A program made the position numbers and the translations under genes. This document shows positions 38,902 through 48,478 of a stretch of 64,000 nucleotides of DNA, one piece after another. The stretch lies in IMG/VR virus record IMGVR_UViG_3300029705_000062; one strand, given 5' to 3'. Position 1 is the stretch's first letter; every line of letters starts with the position of its first letter. This stretch comes from a virus. The notes under the pieces were generated by a model. It was given only the letters and a program-made list of their open reading frames with translations, was not told the DNA's origin and searched no databases.

Positions 38902-39198
38902 CTATTTCTTCTTGCTATCTTCATTATTATCTTTATCATCATTACCCATAAGTTCTTTTCCTAAAGTTAAAGTAAAGTAAACTCCTCCTCCTGTCATCAA
39001 TGCATAACCTACTCCTGTAACAATGTTAGCTATATTACTTAAAGAGGGAAGGGTTGCACTAGGGTAAGCCATTGGAGCTATTGCAATAAGGGTAGCAACA
39101 CCAACACCTAATTTACCTATATCAATTCCTTTATCTTTATCTTCATTCTTAGCACTTGATAAAATTTTAAAAACTTCTGATTTCTTTTCTTTTTTCAT
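38902..39198 (-). CDS. Small membrane protein
   Basis: 98 aa with two Gly/Ala-rich TM helices between charged termini. Confidence 0.45.
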   Translation of the reverse strand: MKKEKKSEVFKILSSAKNEDKDKGIDIGKLGVGVATLIAIAPMAYPSATLPSLSNIANIVTGVGYALMTGGGVYFTLTLGKELMGNDDKDNNEDSKKK

Positions 39199-39354
39199 AT
39201 ATAAACCTCCTAATAATCTTTATAGTTATATATATGCAAACAATTAAACAAAGTTGATAAAAATTATTAATTTTTATTAATTAAATATTCTAAGTGAAAA
39301 AAAAGGAAGTAAAGGATATTGGAAATATATTTACAAAACTTGTAAATATAGACA

Positions 39355-39394
39355 AGAAAAAAGCTGACTCACAAAGGGAACAGTGAATCAGCTT
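39355..39394 (-). terminator. Rho-independent terminator (minus-strand sense)
   Basis: AAGCTGACTCAC / GTGAATCAGCTT stem with the U-run on the minus strand. Confidence 0.55.
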
Positions 39395-39606
39395 AATTGA
39401 AATATGCATTATTATTAATATTTAACTTAACGGGCGGAATTCCCCTTCCTCAATGAGCTTTAGCTCATAGGTGGGGGATGGATAGCCCTTTTTGTATCTG
39501 TAAACAGAAGATACTGAGTAAAATTTTTACTATAGTAATACGAATAAATATATTAAAATGTGATATAATATAATTAGTATATTACTAGGTTAGGAGGTGA
39601 TTTTGT

Positions 39607-40848
39607 ATGGTTGATAGTCAAAATTGGATAAAGAAAAATAAAGGATTCAAATATCTTTTATTACCAACTGATAGTCAAGTTGAATATTTATGTAAAGCTT
39701 TTGGTTGTAAACGTAAAATGTATAATGAGTACGTTTCAAAAATGATAGATAAACTTGAAGAGGATGGTTTTGAAAATGGAAAAATAACTTATTCTAAACT
39801 TAACTTACCTAGTCCAGCTAAGATTAAAAAAGAGTTTCCATTTATGAAAGAAGTTGATTCTCTCGTTTTTTGTAATGCTGAAATATCTTTCAAAAATGCT
39901 GTGACTAAATATAATGACAATGCTTATAAAAAGCAATATATAAAGAGTGCATTAAAAAAACAAAAAACAATAGGTAGAAAATTAACTTTCAGAGATTTGA
40001 AAGGTTTACCTTCTTTCAAATCAAAAAAAGACGGTTTTGATTCTTTTACTACTAATAACCAAAATACTGCAAGTGGCGAGACTATCAAAGTTGAAGGTAA
40101 TTATATAAAAATACCAAAACTTAAAACTCCAATAAAATTTATCAAACATAGAGAATTGCCTCCTGATGGAGTAATCAAAAATATTACTATTTCAAAAGAT
40201 AGTAAAGGTAAATTCTATATATCTATAAACGTAGAATATTATGTTTTAGATAATAAAGTAAATACAAATAAAGATAAAGTTGTAGGTTTAGATTATTCTC
40301 AATCTGATTTTTATTATAGTTCAGACGATAAGATAGCCAATTATCCAAAGTACTATAAAAAATTAGAAGAAAGATTAATTAAAGAGCAAAGAAAATTATC
40401 TTCAAAAAAATATAATTCAAACAACTGGCTTCGTCAAAAGAAAGTTGTAAACAGACTCCAAACTAAAATAGCTAATCAACGAAAGGATTGGTTACATAAA
40501 GAAAGCTATCGCTTAGCCGAAAATTATGATGCAGTCATAGTTGAGGATTTAGACTTAAGAAACTTGGCACAATGTTTATCTTTAGGTAAAAATCTTCACG
40601 ATAACGGATTTGGTATGTTTAGAACTTTCCTTCAATATAAACTTGAAGATAGAGGTAAACAACTAATTAAGATAGATAAATGGTTTGCATCTAGCAAGAC
40701 GTGTTCTTCTTGCGGAACTAAACATGAAGAGTTAAAACTAAAAGACAGAATATTTGAGTGTAAAAAATGCAAACTTACTATAAATAGAGATTATAATGCT
40801 AGTCTTAATATAAGAAATGAAGGCTTAAAAATATTAGGATTAGTATAA
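39607..40848 (+). CDS. tnpB: TnpB RNA-guided endonuclease
   Basis: RuvC D (VVGLDYS), E (VIVEDLDL), D (NRDYNAS). Zinc finger CSSCG...CKKC. Confidence 0.85.
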   Translation: MVDSQNWIKKNKGFKYLLLPTDSQVEYLCKAFGCKRKMYNEYVSKMIDKLEEDGFENGKITYSKLNLPSPAKIKKEFPFMKEVDSLVFCNAEISFKNAVTKYNDNAYKKQYIKSALKKQKTIGRKLTFRDLKGLPSFKSKKDGFDSFTTNNQNTASGETIKVEGNYIKIPKLKTPIKFIKHRELPPDGVIKNITISKDSKGKFYISINVEYYVLDNKVNTNKDKVVGLDYSQSDFYYSSDDKIANYPKYYKKLEERLIKEQRKLSSKKYNSNNWLRQKKVVNRLQTKIANQRKDWLHKESYRLAENYDAVIVEDLDLRNLAQCLSLGKNLHDNGFGMFRTFLQYKLEDRGKQLIKIDKWFASSKTCSSCGTKHEELKLKDRIFECKKCKLTINRDYNASLNIRNEGLKILGLV

Positions 40849-41012
40849 ATAAAATGCTCCTGAGCATGAGTATAAACTACTTCGGGGTGTGGTTCATGCC
40901 TCGTAAGTTGGTTGCCGATTCGTTAGGCTTAAAATATCCGACCGTTAGGTGGTACAGAGTTCCCACGAAGCTCCCACCTCAAGACCGAAAGGTCTAGGTG
41001 GCGAGTAGTTCA
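40849..41012 (+). ncRNA. Putative omega (RE-derived) guide RNA scaffold of TnpB
   Basis: GC-rich structured segment directly 3' of tnpB, ending at the RE hairpin. The true 5' end probably lies inside tnpB. Confidence 0.5.
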
Positions 41013-41066
41013 CTGAAATATAAAATCAGTATAGCAAAAAACGACATATTTTGCAATAGTATAAAT

Positions 41067-41098
41067 AAAAAGCACCTAACTATTAGTTAAGTGCTTTT
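41067..41098. terminator. Bidirectional terminator downstream of the SSB-like gene
   Basis: AAAAGCACCTAAC / GTTAAGTGCTTTT. Confidence 0.6.
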
Positions 41099-41157
41099 AC
41101 TCGATAAAAATTTTTAAAAAGAATAATGACAGTAATTAAATTATACCATAATTTATG

Positions 41158-42051
41158 CTAAAAAGGAATACTTGAATTTAATTGTTTGCTTGGATTTCCT
41201 TGCGATCCAAATCCAAATTGAGGTGTAACAGGTGCAGTTACAGGTTTTGATTTTAGCTCAACTATTTTTTGGTTTAATAGTTTTATACCTTCTTGTATTT
41301 CTTCTTGAGTATAGAATTGTTGCTCATTCATACCTTCTAAAACATGACCACCTGTAACTAGAAGCTCTCTAACTCTTACAGTTGAAGTTTTTAATTCAGG
41401 CATAACACCAAAACCTACTTGTTCAGTTTTTTCTTGTTTAGTTTCAACTTTATTTATTATTTGTCCACCAACTTTAACAACTTCCCACTTTTGGAAAGAT
41501 TCCATTATATAATCAAATGCAGACTTTTCTCTTATTACTACTTCAACCTGCTCTATTTGATTATTAAATCCTCTTGGTATATTTAATTTAACTTTTATTA
41601 ATTCTGTTTCCCCTTCTTCATCTGTTTTTAAGCTTACAGAATCAACTACACCTACTAATGAAAATTCTGCTCTTGCATTAAAGTCCCCATTTTCATGTCT
41701 GTTGCAGAACTTAGTAGATATTTGAGTTTGCTCAATTAAATCTCCCATTTTAGATATATATCTATTTGTTGATATTTCACCTTGATTTACATGAACTCTA
41801 TCTGCATTTTCTATTCCAACAACATCTGCTGATTTATAATCATTAGCTACAGTCATTGTACTTTCATATAATTTTGATACATTTCCATCTTTAGTAAGTT
41901 TATTTGAGAACATTTTTACTTTATGTTCAGAGCTTTCATCTGTTCTTAAAGTAAGTTCTACTGAAACATACTCCCCATTCTTACCTATGCCATTTTTAAC
42001 TTGCTTACCAACAAGAACTCCACTTACACATACTATATTTGTTAAACTCAT
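41158..42051 (-). CDS. SSB-like protein with C-terminal IPF tip
   Basis: 297 aa, ends ..NSSIPF like the DDDIPF tail of bacterial SSBs. Gly/Pro/Gln-rich linker. The OB fold was not verified. Confidence 0.45.
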   Translation of the reverse strand: MSLTNIVCVSGVLVGKQVKNGIGKNGEYVSVELTLRTDESSEHKVKMFSNKLTKDGNVSKLYESTMTVANDYKSADVVGIENADRVHVNQGEISTNRYISKMGDLIEQTQISTKFCNRHENGDFNARAEFSLVGVVDSVSLKTDEEGETELIKVKLNIPRGFNNQIEQVEVVIREKSAFDYIMESFQKWEVVKVGGQIINKVETKQEKTEQVGFGVMPELKTSTVRVRELLVTGGHVLEGMNEQQFYTQEEIQEGIKLLNQKIVELKSKPVTAPVTPQFGFGSQGNPSKQLNSSIPF

Positions 42052-42269
42052 ATTTATCTCTCCCCTATTAATTGTTTATATAATTAAGAATTTCTTCTAA
42101 TTCTTCTTCTGAAAATGCAAAAAAATCTTCATCTTCTTCCCTTAATTCAAGTATTAACTCCTTCACTGAACTCCCTCCTGCATAATAACAATTTTTACCA
42201 CCAATTAAATATAATTTTAACATAGTAGTTCAATAAAAGTCAATGTATAACAATTTAAGAATTATTTTT

Positions 42270-44189
42270 CTATTTACACATTTCTAATAATTCTAATTCT
42301 GTTATTATTGGAGTTCCTAAATGTTTAGCTTTTTTATATTTTGAGCTATCTTCTTCTTGGTTACATATTAAATAACTTGTATTAGATGTTACAGAAGATG
42401 TTACTGTACCACCATTTTCTTCTATATATTTTTTTAATTCATTTCTATTAGTAAAATGCTTACAAGAGCCTGTTAAACAAAACTTCTTATCTTCTAACTT
42501 AGATTTTTGATTTTTAAATTCATCTTCTATATGTAAATTAGAAAGAAGTAGAGATATATATATCATATTTTTTGATATATAATCACTAATTGATAGACCT
42601 TTTGATTCTCCTAGAAGTTCAATCCATTGAGATTTAGACATTGAAAGGAATTTATCAACTGTCTTAACTTTTAAACTTATATCTTTAGATGTTGTTGAGC
42701 CAATATTATGAATACCTAATGAACTTATAAACCTACTTAAAGTTGTATTCTTTGAAGTTTCTATATTTTTAATTATTGCTTTGGCACTCTTTTGACCTAA
42801 ACCATCTATAGATGATATATATTGTTCACTTTTATGTAAGTTATATATATCTATGGCACTAGATAATAAATTATGCTTAACAAAAGTTCTAAGAAGTTGC
42901 TCTGATAATCCTGTTATATTCATACAATTTCTACTAACATAATAAGATAAGTTCATAACCAATCTTTCACAACAATCCTCATTTGAACATTTAAGTATCT
43001 TACTAAGATTATCCATCCTAATCTCCGTATCTTCTCCACAGAAAGGACATTTTGAAGGCACATCAACTTCCCCAACTTTTTCTACAACCTCTGTGATTTG
43101 AGGTATTATTTGATTTGATTTTACAACTTTAACTGTTGATCCAACTGCACCAAGATTTAATTTTTCTATGTGAGATATGTTGTGTAAACTTGCTCTTGCT
43201 ACACAAGTCCCATCCAATTCTACCTCATCAAAAATTGCAACAGGTGTTAAAACTCCTGTTCTACCCATAGTCCATTCTATACCTAAGATGTTTGTTTCTT
43301 CACTTTCATCTGCAAATTTATAGGCTATTGCTCCATGAGGATATTTTGAGTTTTGCCCCATGATTTCATATTTATCATTGTTATTTATTCTAACAACTAC
43401 TCCATCTATTCCAAAGCCTGTTAATTGAGCATATTTTTTCAACTGTTCAAAAATAACAAGACCTGTACCACTAACATTAGGGACAGTATTAAATCCTAAA
43501 CCACTTAAAAAATTTAATGTTTCTAAATAAGTTTCTTGCTTATGTTCTGCATCTATTTTAGTTACATCAAAAGCAACAAACCTTACATTTCTATCTTTTG
43601 TAACTTTACTATTTAGATTTCTAACTGTTCCTGCAACTGCATTTCTAGGATTTTTAAACTGTTCTTCTTTAGGTAATTTACTATTCATATGATTAAAATC
43701 ACCTTGTTTAATAATAGATTCCCCAACAACAGTTATATCTATTTTCTTAGTTAATTTTAAAGGTATATTCTTATATACTTTAATACTATGGGTTATATCC
43801 TCTCCTGTTGTTCCATCTCCCCTAGTAGAAGCTCTGAATAACTCTCCTTTTTTATATTCAATTTCAGTTGTAAGACCATCTAGTTTAAGAGAAGATATGC
43901 AATCTTCTTTCCCCATTCTTCCAAGTATATCTGAAATATTTTTAGTTTTACGAAGAGACATTAACTTTCTTTTATGTTTTACTTTTTTTAAGTCTGATAC
44001 AACCTCAAAACCTACATTTCTTGTAGGAGAATTTGAAAGTACATACCCTGTTTCTTCTTCTAATCTTACAAGTTCATCATATAAAGCATCAAATTCACTA
44101 TCTTCTATAATAGCAACTCGATTGTAATATGCATCACTATATACATTTAATTTTTTTACTAACTGCTCTATTTTTTCTTTTACTTCCAT
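42270..44189 (-). CDS. ligA: NAD-dependent DNA ligase
   Basis: Adenylation KLDG, zinc finger CPFCG..C..C, HhH region, C-terminal BRCT (KKFCLTGS). Confidence 0.9.
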   Translation of the reverse strand: MEVKEKIEQLVKKLNVYSDAYYNRVAIIEDSEFDALYDELVRLEEETGYVLSNSPTRNVGFEVVSDLKKVKHKRKLMSLRKTKNISDILGRMGKEDCISSLKLDGLTTEIEYKKGELFRASTRGDGTTGEDITHSIKVYKNIPLKLTKKIDITVVGESIIKQGDFNHMNSKLPKEEQFKNPRNAVAGTVRNLNSKVTKDRNVRFVAFDVTKIDAEHKQETYLETLNFLSGLGFNTVPNVSGTGLVIFEQLKKYAQLTGFGIDGVVVRINNNDKYEIMGQNSKYPHGAIAYKFADESEETNILGIEWTMGRTGVLTPVAIFDEVELDGTCVARASLHNISHIEKLNLGAVGSTVKVVKSNQIIPQITEVVEKVGEVDVPSKCPFCGEDTEIRMDNLSKILKCSNEDCCERLVMNLSYYVSRNCMNITGLSEQLLRTFVKHNLLSSAIDIYNLHKSEQYISSIDGLGQKSAKAIIKNIETSKNTTLSRFISSLGIHNIGSTTSKDISLKVKTVDKFLSMSKSQWIELLGESKGLSISDYISKNMIYISLLLSNLHIEDEFKNQKSKLEDKKFCLTGSCKHFTNRNELKKYIEENGGTVTSSVTSNTSYLICNQEEDSSKYKKAKHLGTPIITELELLEMCK

Positions 44190-44210
44190 AATAAACCCCT
44201 TAAAATATTT

Positions 44211-45101
44211 TTATTTATTTCTCATCATTTGAATAGCTCTATACATTGTATTAGCTTGAATTGTTTCTGCTCCAACTACACTAGCAAATGAATTTATATC
44301 TTGTATAGATAATTGCTTTTTAAACTTTTTCTCTAATTTTAGATATTTTTCAGCACATCCACTATAATAAAGAGTTTTTCCATTAGCATGAGTTAATCCA
44401 ATAACTTTTGTAAGAGAGTCTAATCGTCTTTGAAGACCTGTAACTTTATAAGGTGTCATACCATTTTTAGTAGATACAAGCATTCTAGTTTTAAATACAT
44501 ATGGACTATTCATATTAACTGAATACTCTGTATCAAAGTTTGGTTGGTCATGTTTCCAAATTATCTTTGTAACAGTATCTTCTTGTTTTACTTGTTCTAA
44601 TAAATTTAAAGTATCTTTTGATAAAGTTACAGCTCTATTTTCTAAAGTAACTTTTCCTGTTTGGAAATCTATGTCTTCAAATTTTAAGTTACAGATTTCT
44701 TTATATCCTTTACCACCAACTCCATCAAATAATAAGAATAATAAAGCTTGATGAGATGCACTTTCTAAAACAGAAACCTTGCTTTTTAGTTCTTCTCTAG
44801 TTACATATCTGACATCAGCTTCAACAATATAATCTTTTAAGTCATTAGATGTTATTGTATCAACAAAAGGATTATTAAAATGTTTTAAATATTTTTTTGT
44901 AACTCCCCATTTAGTATGAACTGAATTATAACTTCTTCCTTTTAATTCTTCTAAAACTAAAAGTAATTCATCTCTATTAAAGTCTTTTAGGTCTTTACCT
45001 AATCTATCTTCTAAAGGAGAAACCTTTTTAAATATCATTTTAAAACTTTCTTTAACACTATCACTACACTCTAATTTATTTATAAAATCTGTTTTTATCA
45101 T
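44211..45101 (-). CDS. Tyrosine-recombinase-like protein with degenerate catalytic residues
   Basis: SAM-like N-domain and integrase-like C-domain layout, but the box I Arg and HxxR positions read GGKGYKEI and HANGK. Confidence 0.4.
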   Translation of the reverse strand: MIKTDFINKLECSDSVKESFKMIFKKVSPLEDRLGKDLKDFNRDELLLVLEELKGRSYNSVHTKWGVTKKYLKHFNNPFVDTITSNDLKDYIVEADVRYVTREELKSKVSVLESASHQALLFLLFDGVGGKGYKEICNLKFEDIDFQTGKVTLENRAVTLSKDTLNLLEQVKQEDTVTKIIWKHDQPNFDTEYSVNMNSPYVFKTRMLVSTKNGMTPYKVTGLQRRLDSLTKVIGLTHANGKTLYYSGCAEKYLKLEKKFKKQLSIQDINSFASVVGAETIQANTMYRAIQMMRNK

Positions 45102-45723
45102 AATTTTTTTTCACCTCTTCAATTCTTTCCCACAGTTCAGATTTTTTCTTTAAGATAACATTGGTATCTAAAAATCTTGAGTCTCTTCTTGCCAACTCCA
45201 CACTTTTGGTTTTTATCTTACTCTTTCTTTTTTTAATAGAAGTTAATTTTACATAAGTTGATTTTTTATTTAGAGTTAGATGTTTTTTTATACTCATATA
45301 GCTTTTATTAAGGTTGCAATCTGCACACATTATTGTTAGATTATCTTCTCTCCAACAAGTTTCCCAACTTTGTTTATCTCTATATTTTCCATTCTTTTTA
45401 AATTTTAAAATAGGTATTAAATGGTCAACTGTTACATCTTTTTTATCTATATATCTACCACAAGAAGAACATATCCAATTACCATATTTATTTTTTTTAT
45501 TTTGTTTAAAGTTGTATATTATAAGTCTTTCACAAGATACTCTATGAGCTTCCTCATAAGAAGTATATAACCAATCTTTTTTTAATAATATACTTTCTCC
45601 ATTTGGCAAGAGTATCTTGATTTTCTCTTGTTTGTTGTTTAAATCTTTACTTTTAACTTCAATTTTTTTTATTGAAAATTTAACTTCTTTTCCTTTTTCT
45701 TTAAGTACTACATATCTTGTCAA
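45076..45723 (-). CDS. HNH endonuclease
   Basis: CSSCGRY..VDHLIPI...NLTIMCADCNLNKS. Confidence 0.7.
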   Translation of the reverse strand: MTRYVVLKEKGKEVKFSIKKIEVKSKDLNNKQEKIKILLPNGESILLKKDWLYTSYEEAHRVSCERLIIYNFKQNKKNKYGNWICSSCGRYIDKKDVTVDHLIPILKFKKNGKYRDKQSWETCWREDNLTIMCADCNLNKSYMSIKKHLTLNKKSTYVKLTSIKKRKSKIKTKSVELARRDSRFLDTNVILKKKSELWERIEEVKKNYDKNRFYK

Positions 45724-45760
45724 CTGTGTACACTCTTTTCCCCCTACCTCTGTAAAGAAT

Positions 45761-45789
45761 ATTGTAGTGTGTTTTCAATTATTTGTCAA
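45761..45789 (-). promoter_or_regulatory. Consensus sigma-70 promoter with motif copy 5 (variant)
   Basis: Sense TTGACAAATAATTGAAAACACACTACAAT: TTGACA, 17 nt, TACAAT. Confidence 0.65.
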
Positions 45790-45837
45790 TGAAAACTCGA
45801 TACTTGTCGAAGGAAAGTGCATTAGGCAGAAACTAAT

Positions 45838-46746
45838 TTATGCAAATGATGGCATTAACCTACTCTTTTTAAGTCCTATATCTAATGTATGTCTATATCC
45901 TTCTGTTGTTGATAGGTGCTTATGTCTTAACATTCCTTGCAATTCTTCATCTGAACAAGTTCCACTACCAACCATTTGGGTTGCGAAGGTATGTCTAAGC
46001 TTGTGGGAACTAACTTTCTTTCCTGCCATTTCACTGTATTCTTCTACTATTTGTTGCAATCTTCTTTTAGAAATATTTGTACCTCTATTTGAAATAAATA
46101 GGTAGTCTTCATGACCTTCTTTTATCTTTAATTTACTTCTTATCTCTAACCATTCTTGTAATGTATTAAGAGTTCTTGGAGGTAGATATAAATCTCCTTC
46201 TATATCTCCTTTACCAATTACATGAATACTTCCTTCTTTGAAATTAAAGTCCTGTAGCTTAATCTTTTGAACTTCAAATATTCTAAGACCTGCACTTAAA
46301 CAAATTTGTATAACTAAAGCATCTCTAACTCCTAGATATCCTCTATCTTTTTTTAATCTATCTGCTAAATCTAGTAAAACATCCATTTCATCTGTTTCTA
46401 AGAATTGATATTTTACAGGAGGAACAGTTATTTTTCTTCTTTCATATATTAAACTTTCCTTTATATATCCACTTGAAACTAAAAATGCAAAGTAAACTTT
46501 AAGAACTGCTATGTTGTGATTTACTGTTGTTGGAGAATAGTTATCAATAAGTTCATTTATATAGTCAGTAGCTACATCTCTTTTGCTTAGTTTATTTAAA
46601 TCTTCTAGGGTATTTAAACCTAATCTTTCATGAAATCTATCAACATCTCTTTTGTAAGATTCTAAAGTTAAAGGTTTTTTACCATCTTTCTTTAATTGCT
46701 CAATAAATTCATTTCCAACTTTTATCATTTCCATATTACATACCAT
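45838..46746 (-). CDS. XerC/XerD-like tyrosine recombinase
   Basis: AGLRIFEV (Arg I), HKLRHTFAT (HxxR), LRHKHLSTTEGYRH (His and Tyr). Confidence 0.8.
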   Translation of the reverse strand: MVCNMEMIKVGNEFIEQLKKDGKKPLTLESYKRDVDRFHERLGLNTLEDLNKLSKRDVATDYINELIDNYSPTTVNHNIAVLKVYFAFLVSSGYIKESLIYERRKITVPPVKYQFLETDEMDVLLDLADRLKKDRGYLGVRDALVIQICLSAGLRIFEVQKIKLQDFNFKEGSIHVIGKGDIEGDLYLPPRTLNTLQEWLEIRSKLKIKEGHEDYLFISNRGTNISKRRLQQIVEEYSEMAGKKVSSHKLRHTFATQMVGSGTCSDEELQGMLRHKHLSTTEGYRHTLDIGLKKSRLMPSFA

Positions 46747-46786
46747 CCTTTTTAATAAAATTTTATTTGCTATTTTAATTATTAAC

Positions 46787-46803
46787 TTTTAATTATTTGC
46801 TTA
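46787..46803 (-). promoter_or_regulatory. AAGCAAATAATTRAAA motif copy 6
   Basis: Sense TAAGCAAATAATTAAAA, 41-57 nt upstream of the recombinase start. Partial second copy (GCAAATAAAA) at 46761-46776. Confidence 0.5.
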
Positions 46804-46875
46804 TACATTATATGCATAAAAAATAAAAAAGTTTCCTATTTTATATTAATAAATAGGAAACTTTTAAATATTATA

Positions 46876-47022
46876 TTAAAGTCTGTACTCTGATATTAAC
46901 TCTTCTAGCTTTTCTTTAAATTCATCATAATCTCTTCCACTTACAACAAATTCATCTTCTATTTTTATTTGATATTCTGATATGTCTTCAAATCTTTCTA
47001 TCTTTACTATTTCTATGCTCAT
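46876..47022 (-). CDS. Acidic 48-aa protein (not in ORF track)
   Basis: Strong SD AAGGAGGTGA. Encodes MSIEIVKIERFEDISEYQIKIEDEF... Confidence 0.45.
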   Translation of the reverse strand: MSIEIVKIERFEDISEYQIKIEDEFVVSGRDYDEFKEKLEELISEYRL

Positions 47023-47057
47023 GTTGTTCACCTCCTTTATCTTACGTTGAATATACT

Positions 47058-47510
47058 TTACATTAAACTTTCTAAATCACTTTTTAGCTTTTTCATGTGT
47101 TCTATAAATTTTTCTACTGTATTTATATTTTCATATTGAATACATATTATATCTTCAATAAATTCTATATTAGAGAAAAATCTTTCCCACTCTTCTTTGT
47201 TTGATCCATCTTCCATTTCATTTATATGCTCATAAACATCATTTGTTAATTCTTCTATATCTCTTTTAATATCCATTATCTCTTCATCATGGGTAAAGTA
47301 ATCATCTAATATCTCTTGCATCATTTTTTCAGTGTCAAAACTATTAGGAACAATACATCTATCTTCTAAATAGCAATATAAATCATCTATTTTCTCATAT
47401 GTTTCTTTCATTATTTTTTTCTCATATTTTTCTATGCCATTAATACTTTTATCTATTGCTTCTACGATATCTTTTAATCTGCTATTTCTTTCTTTTTTAT
47501 CCATTTTCAT
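47058..47510 (-). CDS. Hypothetical acidic coiled-coil protein
   Basis: 150-aa ORF, no motif recognised. Confidence 0.45.
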   Translation of the reverse strand: MKMDKKERNSRLKDIVEAIDKSINGIEKYEKKIMKETYEKIDDLYCYLEDRCIVPNSFDTEKMMQEILDDYFTHDEEIMDIKRDIEELTNDVYEHINEMEDGSNKEEWERFFSNIEFIEDIICIQYENINTVEKFIEHMKKLKSDLESLM

Positions 47511-47515
47511 TTCTC

Positions 47516-47755
47516 CTATAATCTATAAGCATAAATATCTAAAACATAATTAACAATATCATCTCTATTACTTGTTACTAGGTTGATAGATTCACTTACA
47601 TCTTCAAGTAAATAGCCACCATCAAAACTTGAAATTGTAATTCCTGTTTCTATAAGTTCTATAACATCAGAATTATTACAACCATTTTCTAATATACCTC
47701 TTGAAACAAGTTCTGTTTTTATATATTCCATTCCTATTGCAGACACTACTCCCAA
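47516..47755 (-). CDS. Hypothetical protein
   Basis: 79-aa ORF with SD GGGGGTTGGGAG. Confidence 0.4.
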   Translation of the reverse strand: MGVVSAIGMEYIKTELVSRGILENGCNNSDVIELIETGITISSFDGGYLLEDVSESINLVTSNRDDIVNYVLDIYAYRL

Positions 47756-47810
47756 CCCCCTGTATTATTAAATTTTATAATGTTTTATAATATCACCTAA
47801 AACTTTAAAT

Positions 47811-47999
47811 TCATATTTCATTTTTATTACATCCTTTTTGTGTATTTTTAGATGACATACTATATAATATATTATCTAATTTATCTCTAAGAGATTCTAC
47901 TTTGTTATACCATGTTGGGTTATCTTCTCTTTCAAAATAATTATGGTAATCAAGTATTATATCTAACATTAAATCAATATCTGATTTTCTTAGTTTCAT
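47811..47999 (-). CDS. Hypothetical protein
   Basis: Start moved to ATG 47999 (SD AGGAGG 7 nt upstream). Confidence 0.4.
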   Translation of the reverse strand: MKLRKSDIDLMLDIILDYHNYFEREDNPTWYNKVESLRDKLDNILYSMSSKNTQKGCNKNEI

Positions 48000-48027
48000 A
48001 TATAAACCTCCTAGTTTTATACATCTA

Positions 48028-48444
48028 CTAAAACATTGGTAAAATATTTTTCTCAATTAAAGTCTTATTCTTATAATTTAATTCATTGTGAATTTCAACA
48101 CAATCTCCAACTATATCCCAATGCTCTTTGTTATCTTGACTTCCATTAACTCTTACACATGAACCTGCATACTCAAAGAAACCATACATTATGTCTTTGT
48201 CAAAGTTATATTGCATATGCTTTCTATCTATATCAAAGGAAAAATAATTATCCTTATTTCCATGAACTTCATACATAACTATAAAGCTTACATCCGATTC
48301 TTTTACCCAATCTTCAAAATCTATCATATCTATTACTCTAACAAAGTCCTCATTCACTTCAATCTCTAATCTTTTTGCTATCTCTAAAGCTGTGTTAGTA
48401 AGTTCGTTCTCCATGTTCTCCATATTTATTCTCATGTACTTCAT
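48028..48444 (-). CDS. Hypothetical acidic protein
   Basis: 138-aa ORF with SD AAAGGAGG. Confidence 0.45.
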   Translation of the reverse strand: MKYMRINMENMENELTNTALEIAKRLEIEVNEDFVRVIDMIDFEDWVKESDVSFIVMYEVHGNKDNYFSFDIDRKHMQYNFDKDIMYGFFEYAGSCVRVNGSQDNKEHWDIVGDCVEIHNELNYKNKTLIEKNILPMF

Positions 48445-48478
48445 AAAAATACCTCCTTTATAATATATAATTTATATT

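Larger units (their letters stand above)
39433..41012 (+). mobile_element. IS200/IS605-family (IS1341-like) element, tnpB only
   Basis: LE GGCGGAATTCCCCTTCCTCA with a subterminal hairpin and RE ..CCCACCTCAAGACCGAAAGGTCTAGGTGGCGAGTAGTTCA. Both ends align with the second element at 53966-55466. Confidence 0.7.

Noticed and set aside
42068-42223. A 51-aa minus-strand ORF (MLKLYLIGGKNCYYAGG...) between ligA and the SSB-like gene.
   Set aside because: No SD-like sequence precedes the ATG, unlike the other small genes accepted here. It is left unannotated.
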